A stretch of DNA of 64,000 bases from an uncultured Haliangium sp. (GCA_964195735.1 CAXMQY010000056.1:1503-65502); one strand, 5' to 3'. Positions 37,597 through 47,346 are shown, counted from the stretch's first letter. Numbers and translations: made by a program. The notes: generated from the sequence alone by a model not told the origin.

Positions 37597-38907
37597 TTAG
37601 ATACCCTGCTTTGCCACGGTGTAATAATCGATTGCCTCGGGGTTCGGGCTGACAAAGGTGACATCCAGGATGTCATCGTCGAAATCAAGCACAACTGAAC
37701 CAAGCTGGCTCATCGCCACGAAATGCACGGGATGGTTCAGTGGCGCCGCACTTGTCTTACCCGCGCTTCCGGCTACCGTATAAATGACGCCGTGATCTGT
37801 GCCGTGTAAAGGATTCAGGTAATTGCCGTCACCGTCTCTGCGACCATCCCCGGAATCAGTTTTCATCGACGGCAAAAAAGTGTCGGATCTTCCGCGATGC
37901 CCCCTGATTGGAAATGAGCGTTCATAGCTATGGCTATGCCCGGAAAACACCAGGTCGACGCCATACATTTCAAAGACAGCGGTGAAATGTTGACGAAAAT
38001 CTGACATCGCGGTATTGCTCGCATCGGAATTATGGCTTCCCTTGGAGTATGGGGGCTGGTGAAAGAACACGATTGTCCAGTCCTGGGTATTGGCTTCCAG
38101 GTCGGTCATAAGCCAGCCATACATGGCACCCGTAGGCGACCGGTTTGAAACCTCGCTATCCAGCGACACGAAATGAATATTGGCATAGTTGAACGAGTAA
38201 TAGGCCTCGGTTCCACTTGGAACTCCCCCTGCTCTTCCGTCCTCGGGCAAGGCGAAAATATCAAAATAGGTCGCACCACCTTCCCTGGCAACGTCGTGAT
38301 TGCCAATCGTGGAGAAAACCGGAGTGCCATACAGCGAAGGAGAAAATACGTTGAAAAATGCATCCTGGTACTCGCGATCGGAACCGTAGCCGTAGGCATT
38401 GTCACCCAACATGATCATGAGATCGGTACTAGTGCCCTTGTTGAACCGGTAAAAAGCGTCTCTCACCCTATCCGCGTTTGCGTCGGCGGTTCCCGCGTCA
38501 CCCAGGATCCAGACGCGAGTCGGTCGCGCGACGCCTTCCTCCGGGGGGGTTCTGAAACTGAACTCGCTATCATTGGCGCCATTTACCCGGTAGTAGTAAA
38601 CGGTATCGGGCAACAGATTTTCGAGTAATACCTCATGATCGCGAGTACTGGTTTTCTCCACAACCCGTTCAAACAGTTGCCCCGGTTGCGTGCCATAGAA
38701 GACTTTACCTGTATAGTCGCCAGCATTACGCCATTTGTCGCCAGCATTACGCCATTTTATGACTAAAGAGGTAGGTGTCGGGCTCTGTAAGTAAGGACCG
38801 CGCTCGCCACTGGAATCGGCGCAGGCTACGATCGACAGTAGCAAGTAAATCAGCATTAAGCTCCGAGCGCCCACTTCCCTGTAGTTTCCTATCCCTTTAA
38901 TGCTCAT
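37597..38907 (-). CDS. metallophosphoesterase (purple acid phosphatase-like), probably a lipoprotein
   Basis: GDxGY...GNHD...GHSHSYER calcineurin-like motifs. An alternative GTG start at 38874 yields the classic lipobox signal MGARSLMLIYLLLSIVAC. Confidence 0.8.
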   Translation of the reverse strand: MSIKGIGNYREVGARSLMLIYLLLSIVACADSSGERGPYLQSPTPTSLVIKWRNAGDKWRNAGDYTGKVFYGTQPGQLFERVVEKTSTRDHEVLLENLLPDTVYYYRVNGANDSEFSFRTPPEEGVARPTRVWILGDAGTADANADRVRDAFYRFNKGTSTDLMIMLGDNAYGYGSDREYQDAFFNVFSPSLYGTPVFSTIGNHDVAREGGATYFDIFALPEDGRAGGVPSGTEAYYSFNYANIHFVSLDSEVSNRSPTGAMYGWLMTDLEANTQDWTIVFFHQPPYSKGSHNSDASNTAMSDFRQHFTAVFEMYGVDLVFSGHSHSYERSFPIRGHRGRSDTFLPSMKTDSGDGRRDGDGNYLNPLHGTDHGVIYTVAGSAGKTSAAPLNHPVHFVAMSQLGSVVLDFDDDILDVTFVSPNPEAIDYYTVAKQGI

Positions 38908-39012
38908 CCGATTTTGCTCAACTTCTGTATGTAGTCACTAGTGAGTGTAGTTTCCTATCCCTTTAATGCTCATCCGATTTTGCTCAACTTCTGTATGTAG
39001 TCACGGTGAGTG
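38881..39012. repeat. tandem direct duplication (2 x about 66 bp) spanning the annotated ATG/5' region of the phosphatase gene
   Basis: gtagtttcctatccctttaatgctcatccgattttgctcaacttctgtatgtagtcac occurs twice, 66 bp apart. Confidence 0.8.
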
Positions 39013-39269
39013 ACGGGTTAACAATCAGCCGCCCTATCTTGAATTCAAAATATTGATAACGAATTGGTCAGTTCGAAACGAGGATAGAAAGGTATACCTG
39101 GGATTTACTGAAGATTGAAAAACTTGTTCCTAGAGCACCGACTGCGACACACTTTCAGCTTTCTTCACCGAATTATTGGGGCGGGGCTGGTATGCCCTGT
39201 CAAGCAATGGCAAAGTTCGCCACTCGATTAAATGACAGTTGAATGCGGACCTGGTTGTTCGACCACTAG

Positions 39270-40064
39270 CTACCGGTTCGGATGGGTTGCGATAACGGGA
39301 TCGCGCTTGCGCAGCGGTGTCAGTTCCGCAAACAGCGCCAGCATTTGCGGGTTGTCGATGAAGGACAGGTTGTAGGGGTGTTCGCAAACCAGCTTGCGAT
39401 ACTCTTTGCTCGCCGATATAGCATCGACCTGTTGTGCGATTTTTCCCCATAGCAGGAGAGTGATCGACCCCGGGGCCGGATCGGCAATCGAGCCGAGTAG
39501 TTTTTCGAGAAAGGCCTGCCAGTAGCGTGCTTCCAGCGCCGGCTTGCGCTCAGCGTGCAGCACCGGGGTAGCGTTCAGCATCAGGAAACCTGCCTGTTGC
39601 AGGTTGGCAAACAGTTCATCCAGGGTCTGGATCAGCGCGCGCTTGTCGATGCCGGCAATCATCGCCTGCGGGATCTTGCCATCACTATCTTTGCGCAAAT
39701 GTCCTTCGGCGAGCAAAGCGGTCTTGACGATATTGCGCAACGAAGTGGCGCGATTCACGGGTTTGCTCAAGCCCTGCTCGCTCCACAGATCGCCAACCGT
39801 GGCATCGTAAAAAGCGATGCCATTCGCAGATTCGCGGCGTGGGTAGGGCGATTCGCCGATCAACAGGTAGTGCAGGCCCACCCGGTCTCGTCTGAAAGCG
39901 GCCAGCAGCTTATCGCTACCGGGCAGCCAGTTGTCATCGCGCAGCAGCGATTTCAGGTAGCCGGTATCGACGCTGGCCAGCGCGTCGGCGAGGATTTCGT
40001 ACCATTCGGGGTGAACGCACCCGCGCCGCATTAAATCGTCGATGTCACTCACGGATGAGTGCAT
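39270..40064 (-). CDS. uracil-DNA glycosylase superfamily protein (divergent family-1-like; Asp replaced by Glu in the water-activating motif)
   Basis: Blocks YLLIGESPYP...NGIAF, GFLMLNATPVL, ITLLLWGKIAQ and CEHPYNLSF parallel UDG GQDPYH...HGLAF, LLLNTVLTV, VFLLWGSHAQ and APHPSPLSA. Confidence 0.6.
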   Translation of the reverse strand: MHSSVSDIDDLMRRGCVHPEWYEILADALASVDTGYLKSLLRDDNWLPGSDKLLAAFRRDRVGLHYLLIGESPYPRRESANGIAFYDATVGDLWSEQGLSKPVNRATSLRNIVKTALLAEGHLRKDSDGKIPQAMIAGIDKRALIQTLDELFANLQQAGFLMLNATPVLHAERKPALEARYWQAFLEKLLGSIADPAPGSITLLLWGKIAQQVDAISASKEYRKLVCEHPYNLSFIDNPQMLALFAELTPLRKRDPVIATHPNR

Positions 40065-40572
40065 CGAGCCGGATCAACCCGATTTTTTCAACTTCGGCGA
40101 TGGCGGTTACAAATTCCTCATCGGTCGAATGCCCGAGACGGAGCTGCATTGCAGCGATGATTTGATGCTTGTCGAGCCCGGTCACCGCGATGATGAACGG
40201 AAATCCGAACCTGTCCCGATAGCTTTGATTCAAGTGCTTGATGCGAAGCAGCTCGTCGGCGCTGCACTGGTTTAACCCGGCGCCCGCCTGTTCCTGTTGC
40301 GACGCTATGGTCAGGCTGCCGGCGTCTGCCTCCTTGCCGGCGAGTTCGGGGTGCTGGCAAAGCAGGTCCAGTTGCCGACCCGGCGAGGCAGCCCTGACCT
40401 GGTTGGACATCTTTCGATGCAGATCGGCAATCGATTTGAATGGGCGCAGCGCGTAGCTGCGCTCGGCAACCCAGGGTGAATGTTCGAAGATGCCGCCGAG
40501 CAGCTCGATAAAACGCTTCGCGTCGCAACCATTGATGTCGTCGATGTTGATATTGTTGATGTTGATAGGCAT
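40045..40572 (-). CDS. uraD: OHCU decarboxylase (2-oxo-4-hydroxy-4-carboxy-5-ureidoimidazoline decarboxylase)
   Basis: FIELLGGIFEHSPWVAE...FPFIIAV...LDKH...RL OHCU-decarboxylase motifs. Start ATG at 40572, 5 nt after the puuE stop. The ORF-track ORF 40045-40902 is an out-of-frame fusion. Confidence 0.8.
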   Translation of the reverse strand: MPININNINIDDINGCDAKRFIELLGGIFEHSPWVAERSYALRPFKSIADLHRKMSNQVRAASPGRQLDLLCQHPELAGKEADAGSLTIASQQEQAGAGLNQCSADELLRIKHLNQSYRDRFGFPFIIAVTGLDKHQIIAAMQLRLGHSTDEEFVTAIAEVEKIGLIRLDALIRE

Positions 40573-40579
40573 CGCGCGA

Positions 40580-41503
40580 TTATGCGGCCGGCGCCGGGTG
40601 TCTGGCAATCCAGTGACGCGCGATGTCGATGCGCCGGCAGATCCAGACCCGCTCGTGCTGCTGCACGTGGTCGAGAAAGCGTTGCAGCGCGCGGAAGCGG
40701 CCGGGCCTGCCGACCAGGCGACAGTGCAGGCCGATCGACAGCATCTTCGGGCGCTGTTCGCCCTCGGCGTAGAGCACGTCGAAGCTGTCGCGCAGGTACT
40801 GGTAGAATTGCTCGCCGCTGTTGAACCCTTGCGCACTGGCAAAGCGCATGTCATTGGTGTCGAGCGTGTAGGGAACCACCAGGTGCGCCTTACGCTTGCC
40901 ATCGCCAGTTTCTACCGATTGCCATAGCGGCAGGTCGTCGCCGTAGTAGTCGGAGTCGTACAGCAAGCCCCCCTGTTCGACCACCAGGCGGCGCGTATTC
41001 GGGCTGTCGCGACCGGTATACCAGCCCTCGGGCCGGATAGCGGTCAAACTTTCGAGAATGTCGAGGGCCTGCTGCATGTGTTCGCGCTCGACCGCCTCGT
41101 CGACCTGCTGGTAGTGAATCCAGCGCAAGCCGTGACAGGCGATTTCATGCCCGAGGCGCACCAGTTCAGCTGCCAATGGCGGATTGCGTTGCAGCGCCAT
41201 CGCCACCGCAAATACGGTCAACGGCAGCCCGCGCGCTTCGAATTCGCGCAACAATCGCCAAACGCCAGCGCGTGAACCGTATTCGTAGATCGATTCCATG
41301 CTCATGTGGCGCGCCGGGTAGGCCTCGGCGCCGATGATCTCCGACAGGAACCGTTCCGAGCCGGGGTCGCCATGCAGCACGTTGTTCTCGCCACCCTCCT
41401 CGTAATTGAGCACGAACTGCAACGCGATGCGCGCATCGCCAGGCCAGTCGGCCCGTGGTGGCTGGCTACCGTATCCGATCATGTCGCGTGGGTAATCGTT
41501 CAT
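40580..41503 (-). CDS. puuE: allantoinase PuuE (polysaccharide-deacetylase fold)
   Basis: 307 aa with characteristic PuuE sequence (IALQFVLNYEEGGE...HGLRW). Confidence 0.85.
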   Translation of the reverse strand: MNDYPRDMIGYGSQPPRADWPGDARIALQFVLNYEEGGENNVLHGDPGSERFLSEIIGAEAYPARHMSMESIYEYGSRAGVWRLLREFEARGLPLTVFAVAMALQRNPPLAAELVRLGHEIACHGLRWIHYQQVDEAVEREHMQQALDILESLTAIRPEGWYTGRDSPNTRRLVVEQGGLLYDSDYYGDDLPLWQSVETGDGKRKAHLVVPYTLDTNDMRFASAQGFNSGEQFYQYLRDSFDVLYAEGEQRPKMLSIGLHCRLVGRPGRFRALQRFLDHVQQHERVWICRRIDIARHWIARHPAPAA

Positions 41504-42282
41504 TAAGTGCCCTCGACAGCTTCCAGGCGCAGCAGGTTGGCGAGGTCGGTCTGTTGCTGCTCGGGTTTGTGCTGGATCTTGCTTTCGATCTGCATCAGGT
41601 GCTGGTGCATCACCGCAACCGCGGTTTTGACATCGCGCTGGGCAATCGCATCGACAATGGTTTCATGCTCCTGGTTGCGGCAGCGATTTTGCTCGTCATC
41701 GCCGAGATGCGCGAGGATTACCAGCGGAGTGCGCCGGATGATGTCGTTCAGGTAAGTTTCGAGCACGCTGTTGCCGGCCATGCGCGCGAGTTGCCGGTGA
41801 AAATCGACCGATAACGCGAGTGCATGTGCCGTATCGCCCTGCTGGTAGGCTTGCCGTTCGCGCTGCAGCATATCCGCCAACAGTTGCAAGTCCTGCGCGT
41901 CGATTTTCGCGATCAGGGTTTCCAGTATTGCTGCTTCGATGACGCGTCGCGTGGCGAACAAATCGCGCCCTTCCTTAACTGATGGGCTGGCGACCGTCGC
42001 GCCGCGGTTAGGGGTTTGCTCGACCAACCGGGAATGCGCCAGCCGTGTCAGCACCTTGCGAATCAGCCCGCGCTTGACACCGAACAGGTTGGCCAGCTGT
42101 ACCTCTTTCAGCTTGGTGCCCGGCGCCAGTCGATGGTCGAGCACTGCTTGTTCGATGCGGCGCAACACCTCGTCCTCGTTGAACGGGGTCTTTGCGGTGG
42201 TATCGATTTGCGCTGACACGTTGCTGTGATCGCCTGCCTGGTATTGAGCGGCAGTGTAACACGAGTTTAAAATTGTTAACAA
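41503..42282 (-). CDS. GntR-family transcriptional regulator (FadR/FCD subfamily), probable purine-catabolism regulator
   Basis: wHTH GTKLKEVQLANLFGVKRGLIRKVLTRL plus an FCD domain. The start may be downstream of the longest ORF. Confidence 0.8.
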   Translation of the reverse strand: MLTILNSCYTAAQYQAGDHSNVSAQIDTTAKTPFNEDEVLRRIEQAVLDHRLAPGTKLKEVQLANLFGVKRGLIRKVLTRLAHSRLVEQTPNRGATVASPSVKEGRDLFATRRVIEAAILETLIAKIDAQDLQLLADMLQRERQAYQQGDTAHALALSVDFHRQLARMAGNSVLETYLNDIIRRTPLVILAHLGDDEQNRCRNQEHETIVDAIAQRDVKTAVAVMHQHLMQIESKIQHKPEQQQTDLANLLRLEAVEGT

Positions 42283-42354
42283 TGCATTGCCAAAGTGTTG
42301 ACAATTTTAATGAATAATGCGACTTTACCGGCTCTACTGACGAGGGGGGTAGAG

Positions 42355-42720
42355 ATGGGGAGGCTGACGACACATGTTCTCGACACGGCGCAGGGCATGC
42401 CTGCGCACGGGGTCGAAATTGTGCTTTACCGGGTTCATCCGGAGTTGCATGAACTGGCGCGCGCCGTCACCAACGCCGACGGCCGCCTGGATCAGCCCAT
42501 CCTCGAAGGCGACGATTTCACGGTCGGCACCTACGAATTACACTTCCGGGCCGGCGATTATTTTCGCGCCCAATCCATCGGCCTGCATTCACTCGATCTG
42601 ATTGAACCGCTGTTTGTCGACGAAGTCGTGTTGCGCTTCGGCATCAACCGACCCGACCAGCATTACCACGTGCCGTTACTGGTTTCCCCGTTTTCCTACT
42701 CGACATACCGGGGATCCTGA
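42355..42720 (+). CDS. hiuH: 5-hydroxyisourate hydrolase (transthyretin-like)
   Basis: LTTHVLDTAQG ... C-terminal YRGS signature. Start at ATG 42355 within the longer ORF. Confidence 0.85.
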   Translation: MGRLTTHVLDTAQGMPAHGVEIVLYRVHPELHELARAVTNADGRLDQPILEGDDFTVGTYELHFRAGDYFRAQSIGLHSLDLIEPLFVDEVVLRFGINRPDQHYHVPLLVSPFSYSTYRGS

Positions 42721-44177
42721 TGTCGGCGATTCGCTTTCTGCTCGATGGTATAAGGATCGACGTCACGGATGTAGAGCCGACGCGCAGCTTGCTGCAATAC
42801 CTGCGTGAAGACCTGCGCCGTGTCGGTAGCAAGGAAGGCTGCGCCGAAGGCGATTGCGGTGCCTGTACCGTGGTTGTAGCGGAACTGGTCGGTGACGGTT
42901 TGCAATACCGTGCGGTCAACGCCTGCATCCAGTTCCTGCCGACGTTGGACGGCAAGGCCCTGTTTACCGTCGAGTCATTGAAAAGCGCCGATGGCAAACT
43001 AAACCCCGTGCAACAAAGCCTGGTCGACCATCACGGCTCGCAATGCGGTTTTTGCACGCCCGGATTCGTCATGTCGATGTTCGCGCTCTACCTGAACAAC
43101 CCGTCGCCGACGCGCGCCGAGATAGACGATGCACTGTCGGGCAACCTGTGCCGTTGCACCGGTTACCGACCCATCGTCGATGCCTGCCAGCATATGTACA
43201 CCGATTACGAACGCGTGACGCCGGACGAGGCCGGTCTGGCAGCGGAATTGCGCGATTTGCAGCGCAAGCATGGCCTGTGGCTGGAGCTTGAGCAGGGGCG
43301 ATACCACGCGCCGCTTACTGTTGAAGGGTTGGCGGAGCTGTACCTGCAAGATCCCGACGCAAAGATTCTCGCCGGCGGCACCGATGTCGGCCTGTGGGTG
43401 ACCAAGCAATTGCGCGAGCTGCCAGCATTGATATACCTCGGCAATGTCGCCGAACTCAAGCGCATCGAGGTGACCCCGGAGGGCATCGAGGTGGGCGCGG
43501 CGGTAACGCTGACCGACGCTTTCGACGCCATCCTGCCGCAGTATCCCGAATTCGGCGAAATGTTTCGCCGCTTCGCCTCCGTGCCGGTGCGCAACGCGGG
43601 CACCCTGGTCGGTAATGTCGCCAATGGTTCACCGATCGGTGACTCGATGCCGGCGCTGATCGCGGTCGGCACCCGCGTGCGTTTGCGCCGCGGCGATGAA
43701 CAACGGGAAATGGCGCTGGAAGACCTTTACCTGGATTACATGAAGAACGCACTGCAGTCGGGCGAATTTGTCGAATCGATCTGTGTGCCCGCGCGTGATG
43801 AGACCTTGCTGTTGCGCTGCTACAAGCTGAGCAAGCGCTTCGACCAGGATATCTCCGCGGTGTGCGCGGCCTTCGCGCTGCATCTTGACGGTGAGCAGGT
43901 TAGCGGCATTCGCATCGTGCTCGGAGGAATGGCCGCAATACCGAAGACCGCGCCGCAAACCGAGCAGTTGTTGCTGGGGAAGCCGTGGAACGAGGCCAAT
44001 GTCGGTGCGGCCATGAATGAACTGCGCGCGGAATTTGCGCCCATGTCCGACATGCGCGCAAGCGCGGGCTATCGCAGTCGAGCCAGCGCCAATCTGCTGT
44101 ATCGCTTTTACCTCGAAACCCGGCCGGGCCAGGCGCTCGACAATGCCGCGGTCAATGTCTTCGCGGTGGGCGCCTGA
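42720..44177 (+). CDS. xdhA: xanthine dehydrogenase small subunit (2Fe-2S plus FAD-binding)
   Basis: The two [2Fe-2S] motifs are CAEGDCGACTV and CGFCTPGFVMS. FAD-binding CO-dehydrogenase flavoprotein domain, 485 aa. Confidence 0.9.
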   Translation: MSAIRFLLDGIRIDVTDVEPTRSLLQYLREDLRRVGSKEGCAEGDCGACTVVVAELVGDGLQYRAVNACIQFLPTLDGKALFTVESLKSADGKLNPVQQSLVDHHGSQCGFCTPGFVMSMFALYLNNPSPTRAEIDDALSGNLCRCTGYRPIVDACQHMYTDYERVTPDEAGLAAELRDLQRKHGLWLELEQGRYHAPLTVEGLAELYLQDPDAKILAGGTDVGLWVTKQLRELPALIYLGNVAELKRIEVTPEGIEVGAAVTLTDAFDAILPQYPEFGEMFRRFASVPVRNAGTLVGNVANGSPIGDSMPALIAVGTRVRLRRGDEQREMALEDLYLDYMKNALQSGEFVESICVPARDETLLLRCYKLSKRFDQDISAVCAAFALHLDGEQVSGIRIVLGGMAAIPKTAPQTEQLLLGKPWNEANVGAAMNELRAEFAPMSDMRASAGYRSRASANLLYRFYLETRPGQALDNAAVNVFAVGA

Positions 44178-46498
44178 TGGAGCAGCGCGCGCGTCAGCAG
44201 GCCAGGGAGACCGCCCCGGGAACGTCGATTCCGCATGAATCCGCAGCCCTGCACGTGACGGGCGATGCGACTTATGTCGACGATATCGCCGAGCTCGCGG
44301 GGACGCTGTATGTCGCGCTCGGCCTCAGCAGCGAAGCGCACGCGCGAATCGGCAAAATCGATCTCGACGCGGTGCGCGCCGCGCCCGGCGTGGTCGCGGT
44401 AATCACCGCGGATGACATCCCCGGCCACAACGATTGTGGCCCGATCCTCCACGATGATCCGATCCTCGCCGATGGCCTGGTGGAATTTATCGGTCAACCG
44501 ATATTTGCCGCGGTAGCCGAGACTTTCACGGCGGCGCGCAAGGCGGTACGACTCGCCGACATTGAATACGTACCACTGCCCGCGGTGCTCGACATTGCCA
44601 CAGGCCAGCAGCAGCAATCCTGGGTGCTGCCGCCGATGCAGTTGCGGCGCGGCGATGCCGTCGGCGCGCTTGCGGCCTCACCGCGGCGCCAGCAGGGCGA
44701 GATCTCGGTCGGCGGGCAGGAACAGTTTTACCTGGAAGGACAGATCTCCTACGTCGCACCGAAAGAAGACGGCTGTTTCCACCTGTGGTGCTCGACCCAG
44801 CATCCGACCGAGATGCAGCAGGTGGTCGCGCATGCGCTCGGCATCGATTTCAACCAGGTGGTGGTCGAAATGCGTCGCATGGGCGGTGGTTTTGGCGGCA
44901 AGGAATCGCAATCGGCAATCTTCGCCTGCATTGCCGCGGTCGCGGCCCACAAGCTCAACCGACCGGTCAAGCTACGTCTCGATCGCGACGACGACATGTC
45001 GATTACCGGCAAGCGTCACGGTTTCGAATTTTCCTATGACGTCGGCTACGACGACGATGGCCTGATCCATGCGGCCCATGTCGAGATGGCCGCGCAGGCA
45101 GGGTTTTCCGCCGACCTGACTGGCCCGGTGGTCACACGCGCGGTCTGTCATTTCGACAATGCCTATTACCTCGGCGACGTCGCCATCGACGCCTACAGTG
45201 TCAAGACCAACACCCAGTCGAATACCGCCTTCCGTGGTTTCGGCGGGCCGCAGGGCGCGATTGCGATCGAATACATTATTGACGATATCGCGCGCGAGCT
45301 GGGCGTGGATCCACTCGAACTGCGCAAGCTCAACTTTTATGGCAAGGACGAGCGCAACACCACGCCATACGGCCAAACAGTGCGCGACAATGTCATACAC
45401 GAACTGGTAGCCGAGCTCGAGACCAGCAGCGATTACCAGGCCCGGCGCACCGCGGTCGCGGAATTCAACCGCGATAGCCTGGTACTGCGCAAGGGCCTCG
45501 CGCTGACACCGCTCAAATTCGGCATTTCCTTCAACGTGGTGCACTTCAACCAGGCCGGTGCTTTGGTGCACGTCTATACCGACGGCAGTGTGCTGGTCAA
45601 CCACGGTGGCACCGAGATGGGCCAGGGATTGCACACCAAGGTGTCGCAGGTGGTTGCGCTGGAGCTCGGTATTAGCGTTTCGCGCGTGCGCGCGACCGCC
45701 AACGACACCAGCAAGGTTGCCAATACCTCGGCCACGGCGGCGTCGACCGGCAGCGATCTGAACGGCAAGGCGGCGCAGGACGCCGCGCGCCAGGTGCGCG
45801 ACCGACTGGCGCGTTTGGTGGCTGATTTGCACGATACCGAGGCATCTGGGGTCGAGTTCGCTGATGACCGCGTGCGCTGGGAAGGAGGCGAGACAAGCTT
45901 CGCGGAACTGGTGGTTGAGGCCTACCAAAACCGGGTACAGCTCTGGTCCGACGGGTTCTACAAGACGCCTGGACTGAGTTGGGATCGCGACAAGATGCAG
46001 GGCAGCCCGTTTTACTACTTCGCCTACGGCGCTGCGGTGTCCGAAGTGATCGTCGACACACTGACTGGCGAATGGAAGCTGCTGCGCGCCGACATCCTGC
46101 ACGACGCCGGCAACTCGATCAATCCGGCGATCGACATCGGCCAGATCGAGGGCGCCTTTATCCAGGGCATGGGCTGGCTCACCAGCGAAGAACTGTGCTG
46201 GAACGAACAGGGTCGCCTGACCACACACGCGCCCTCGACCTACAAAATTCCGACGATCACCGATTGCCCGCAAGAATTCACCACGCGGCTGTTTCAAAAT
46301 CACAATGTCGAAGACACGATACTGCGCTCCAAGGCGGTCGGCGAACCGCCGCTGCTGCTGCCCTTCTCGGTCTTCTTCGCAATCCGCGACGCAATCGCAA
46401 GCCTCGCCGATAATCGGTTGAATCCATCGCTGCGCGCGCCGGCAACGCCGGAAGCGATTCTCGACGCGATCGATGCGCTGCGAGGTGGCGAGGCATGA
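44177..46498 (+). CDS. xdhB: xanthine dehydrogenase molybdopterin-binding subunit
   Basis: 773 aa. The aldehyde oxidase/XDH a/b hammerhead and MoCo-binding domains are present (GGGFGGKE). Confidence 0.9.
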   Translation: MEQRARQQARETAPGTSIPHESAALHVTGDATYVDDIAELAGTLYVALGLSSEAHARIGKIDLDAVRAAPGVVAVITADDIPGHNDCGPILHDDPILADGLVEFIGQPIFAAVAETFTAARKAVRLADIEYVPLPAVLDIATGQQQQSWVLPPMQLRRGDAVGALAASPRRQQGEISVGGQEQFYLEGQISYVAPKEDGCFHLWCSTQHPTEMQQVVAHALGIDFNQVVVEMRRMGGGFGGKESQSAIFACIAAVAAHKLNRPVKLRLDRDDDMSITGKRHGFEFSYDVGYDDDGLIHAAHVEMAAQAGFSADLTGPVVTRAVCHFDNAYYLGDVAIDAYSVKTNTQSNTAFRGFGGPQGAIAIEYIIDDIARELGVDPLELRKLNFYGKDERNTTPYGQTVRDNVIHELVAELETSSDYQARRTAVAEFNRDSLVLRKGLALTPLKFGISFNVVHFNQAGALVHVYTDGSVLVNHGGTEMGQGLHTKVSQVVALELGISVSRVRATANDTSKVANTSATAASTGSDLNGKAAQDAARQVRDRLARLVADLHDTEASGVEFADDRVRWEGGETSFAELVVEAYQNRVQLWSDGFYKTPGLSWDRDKMQGSPFYYFAYGAAVSEVIVDTLTGEWKLLRADILHDAGNSINPAIDIGQIEGAFIQGMGWLTSEELCWNEQGRLTTHAPSTYKIPTITDCPQEFTTRLFQNHNVEDTILRSKAVGEPPLLLPFSVFFAIRDAIASLADNRLNPSLRAPATPEAILDAIDALRGGEA

Positions 46499-47346
46499 CC
46501 GACTGGCAGCAGGCCGTCGTGTCCTTGCGACAACGGCAGGCGCCGGCGGTGCTGGTCAGCGTCGATTCCATCGTCGGCTCGACGCCGCGCGAGCCGGGTG
46601 CCCGCATGATCGTTACCGCGGATCGCATTTACGGCACCATTGGTGGCGGTAACCTGGAATTCCAGGCCTGTCGCATTGCGCGCAATCAACTGGAACAGGG
46701 CGCAGATGATGGCTTGCAGCGTTTTCCGCTCGGCGCCGGGCTTGGACAGTGTTGCGGGGGCCTGGTGAACCTGATGTTCGAACGCCTCGGCGTCGATAGC
46801 GACTGGGCAGGTCTCGCGCGCGAAGATGCACCCATCGAACTCTACCTGTTCGGCGCGGGGCATGTCGGCAGCGCGCTGGTAAGCGCGCTACGCGATCTGC
46901 CGGTGGAGATTAACTGGATCGATACGCGCGACGACATGCTGCCGAAATCGGCGCGCGCCGGGGTAACCACGATTTGCAGCGACACGCCCGAGGCGGAAAT
47001 CGATGCCGCGCCCGCGGGCAGTTACTTCCTGGTGATGACGCACGACCACGCGCTCGATCAACGCCTCTGCGAACAGGTTCTAAAGCGCGACGATTTCGCC
47101 TACTTCGGCCTGATCGGATCGCTGTCGAAACGTCGTAACTTCGAAACCCGCATGCGCCGACGCGGCATCGACGCACACAGGTTCGAAGGCATGATCTGCC
47201 CGATCGGCATCGGCGGCATCACCAGCAAGCAACCGGCGCAAATCGCAATTTCAGTTGCTGCCGAAATCCTGCAGGTATACGATCAGGCGCAGCGCTACCT
47301 GCAAGACAATAATAAAGCGGTCCATCAACGGGGAGGGAGAGCATGA
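46495..47346 (+). CDS. xdhC: xanthine dehydrogenase accessory protein XdhC
   Basis: 283 aa XdhC/CoxI family. Translationally coupled to xdhB. Confidence 0.85.
   Translation: MTDWQQAVVSLRQRQAPAVLVSVDSIVGSTPREPGARMIVTADRIYGTIGGGNLEFQACRIARNQLEQGADDGLQRFPLGAGLGQCCGGLVNLMFERLGVDSDWAGLAREDAPIELYLFGAGHVGSALVSALRDLPVEINWIDTRDDMLPKSARAGVTTICSDTPEAEIDAAPAGSYFLVMTHDHALDQRLCEQVLKRDDFAYFGLIGSLSKRRNFETRMRRRGIDAHRFEGMICPIGIGGITSKQPAQIAISVAAEILQVYDQAQRYLQDNNKAVHQRGGRA

Noticed and set aside
40045-40902. 285-aa ORF in the track spanning uraD and the 3' part of puuE on the minus strand
   Set aside because: Its N-terminal 110 aa are low-complexity Ser/Thr/Ala/Cys-rich and are antisense or out of frame to the well-supported puuE. 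Only the C-terminal 176 aa, starting at MPININ (40572), are homologous to OHCU decarboxylase.
44972-46303. 443-aa minus-strand ORF antisense to xdhB
   Set aside because: Antisense shadow of a 773-aa molybdopterin subunit, with no recognisable domain.
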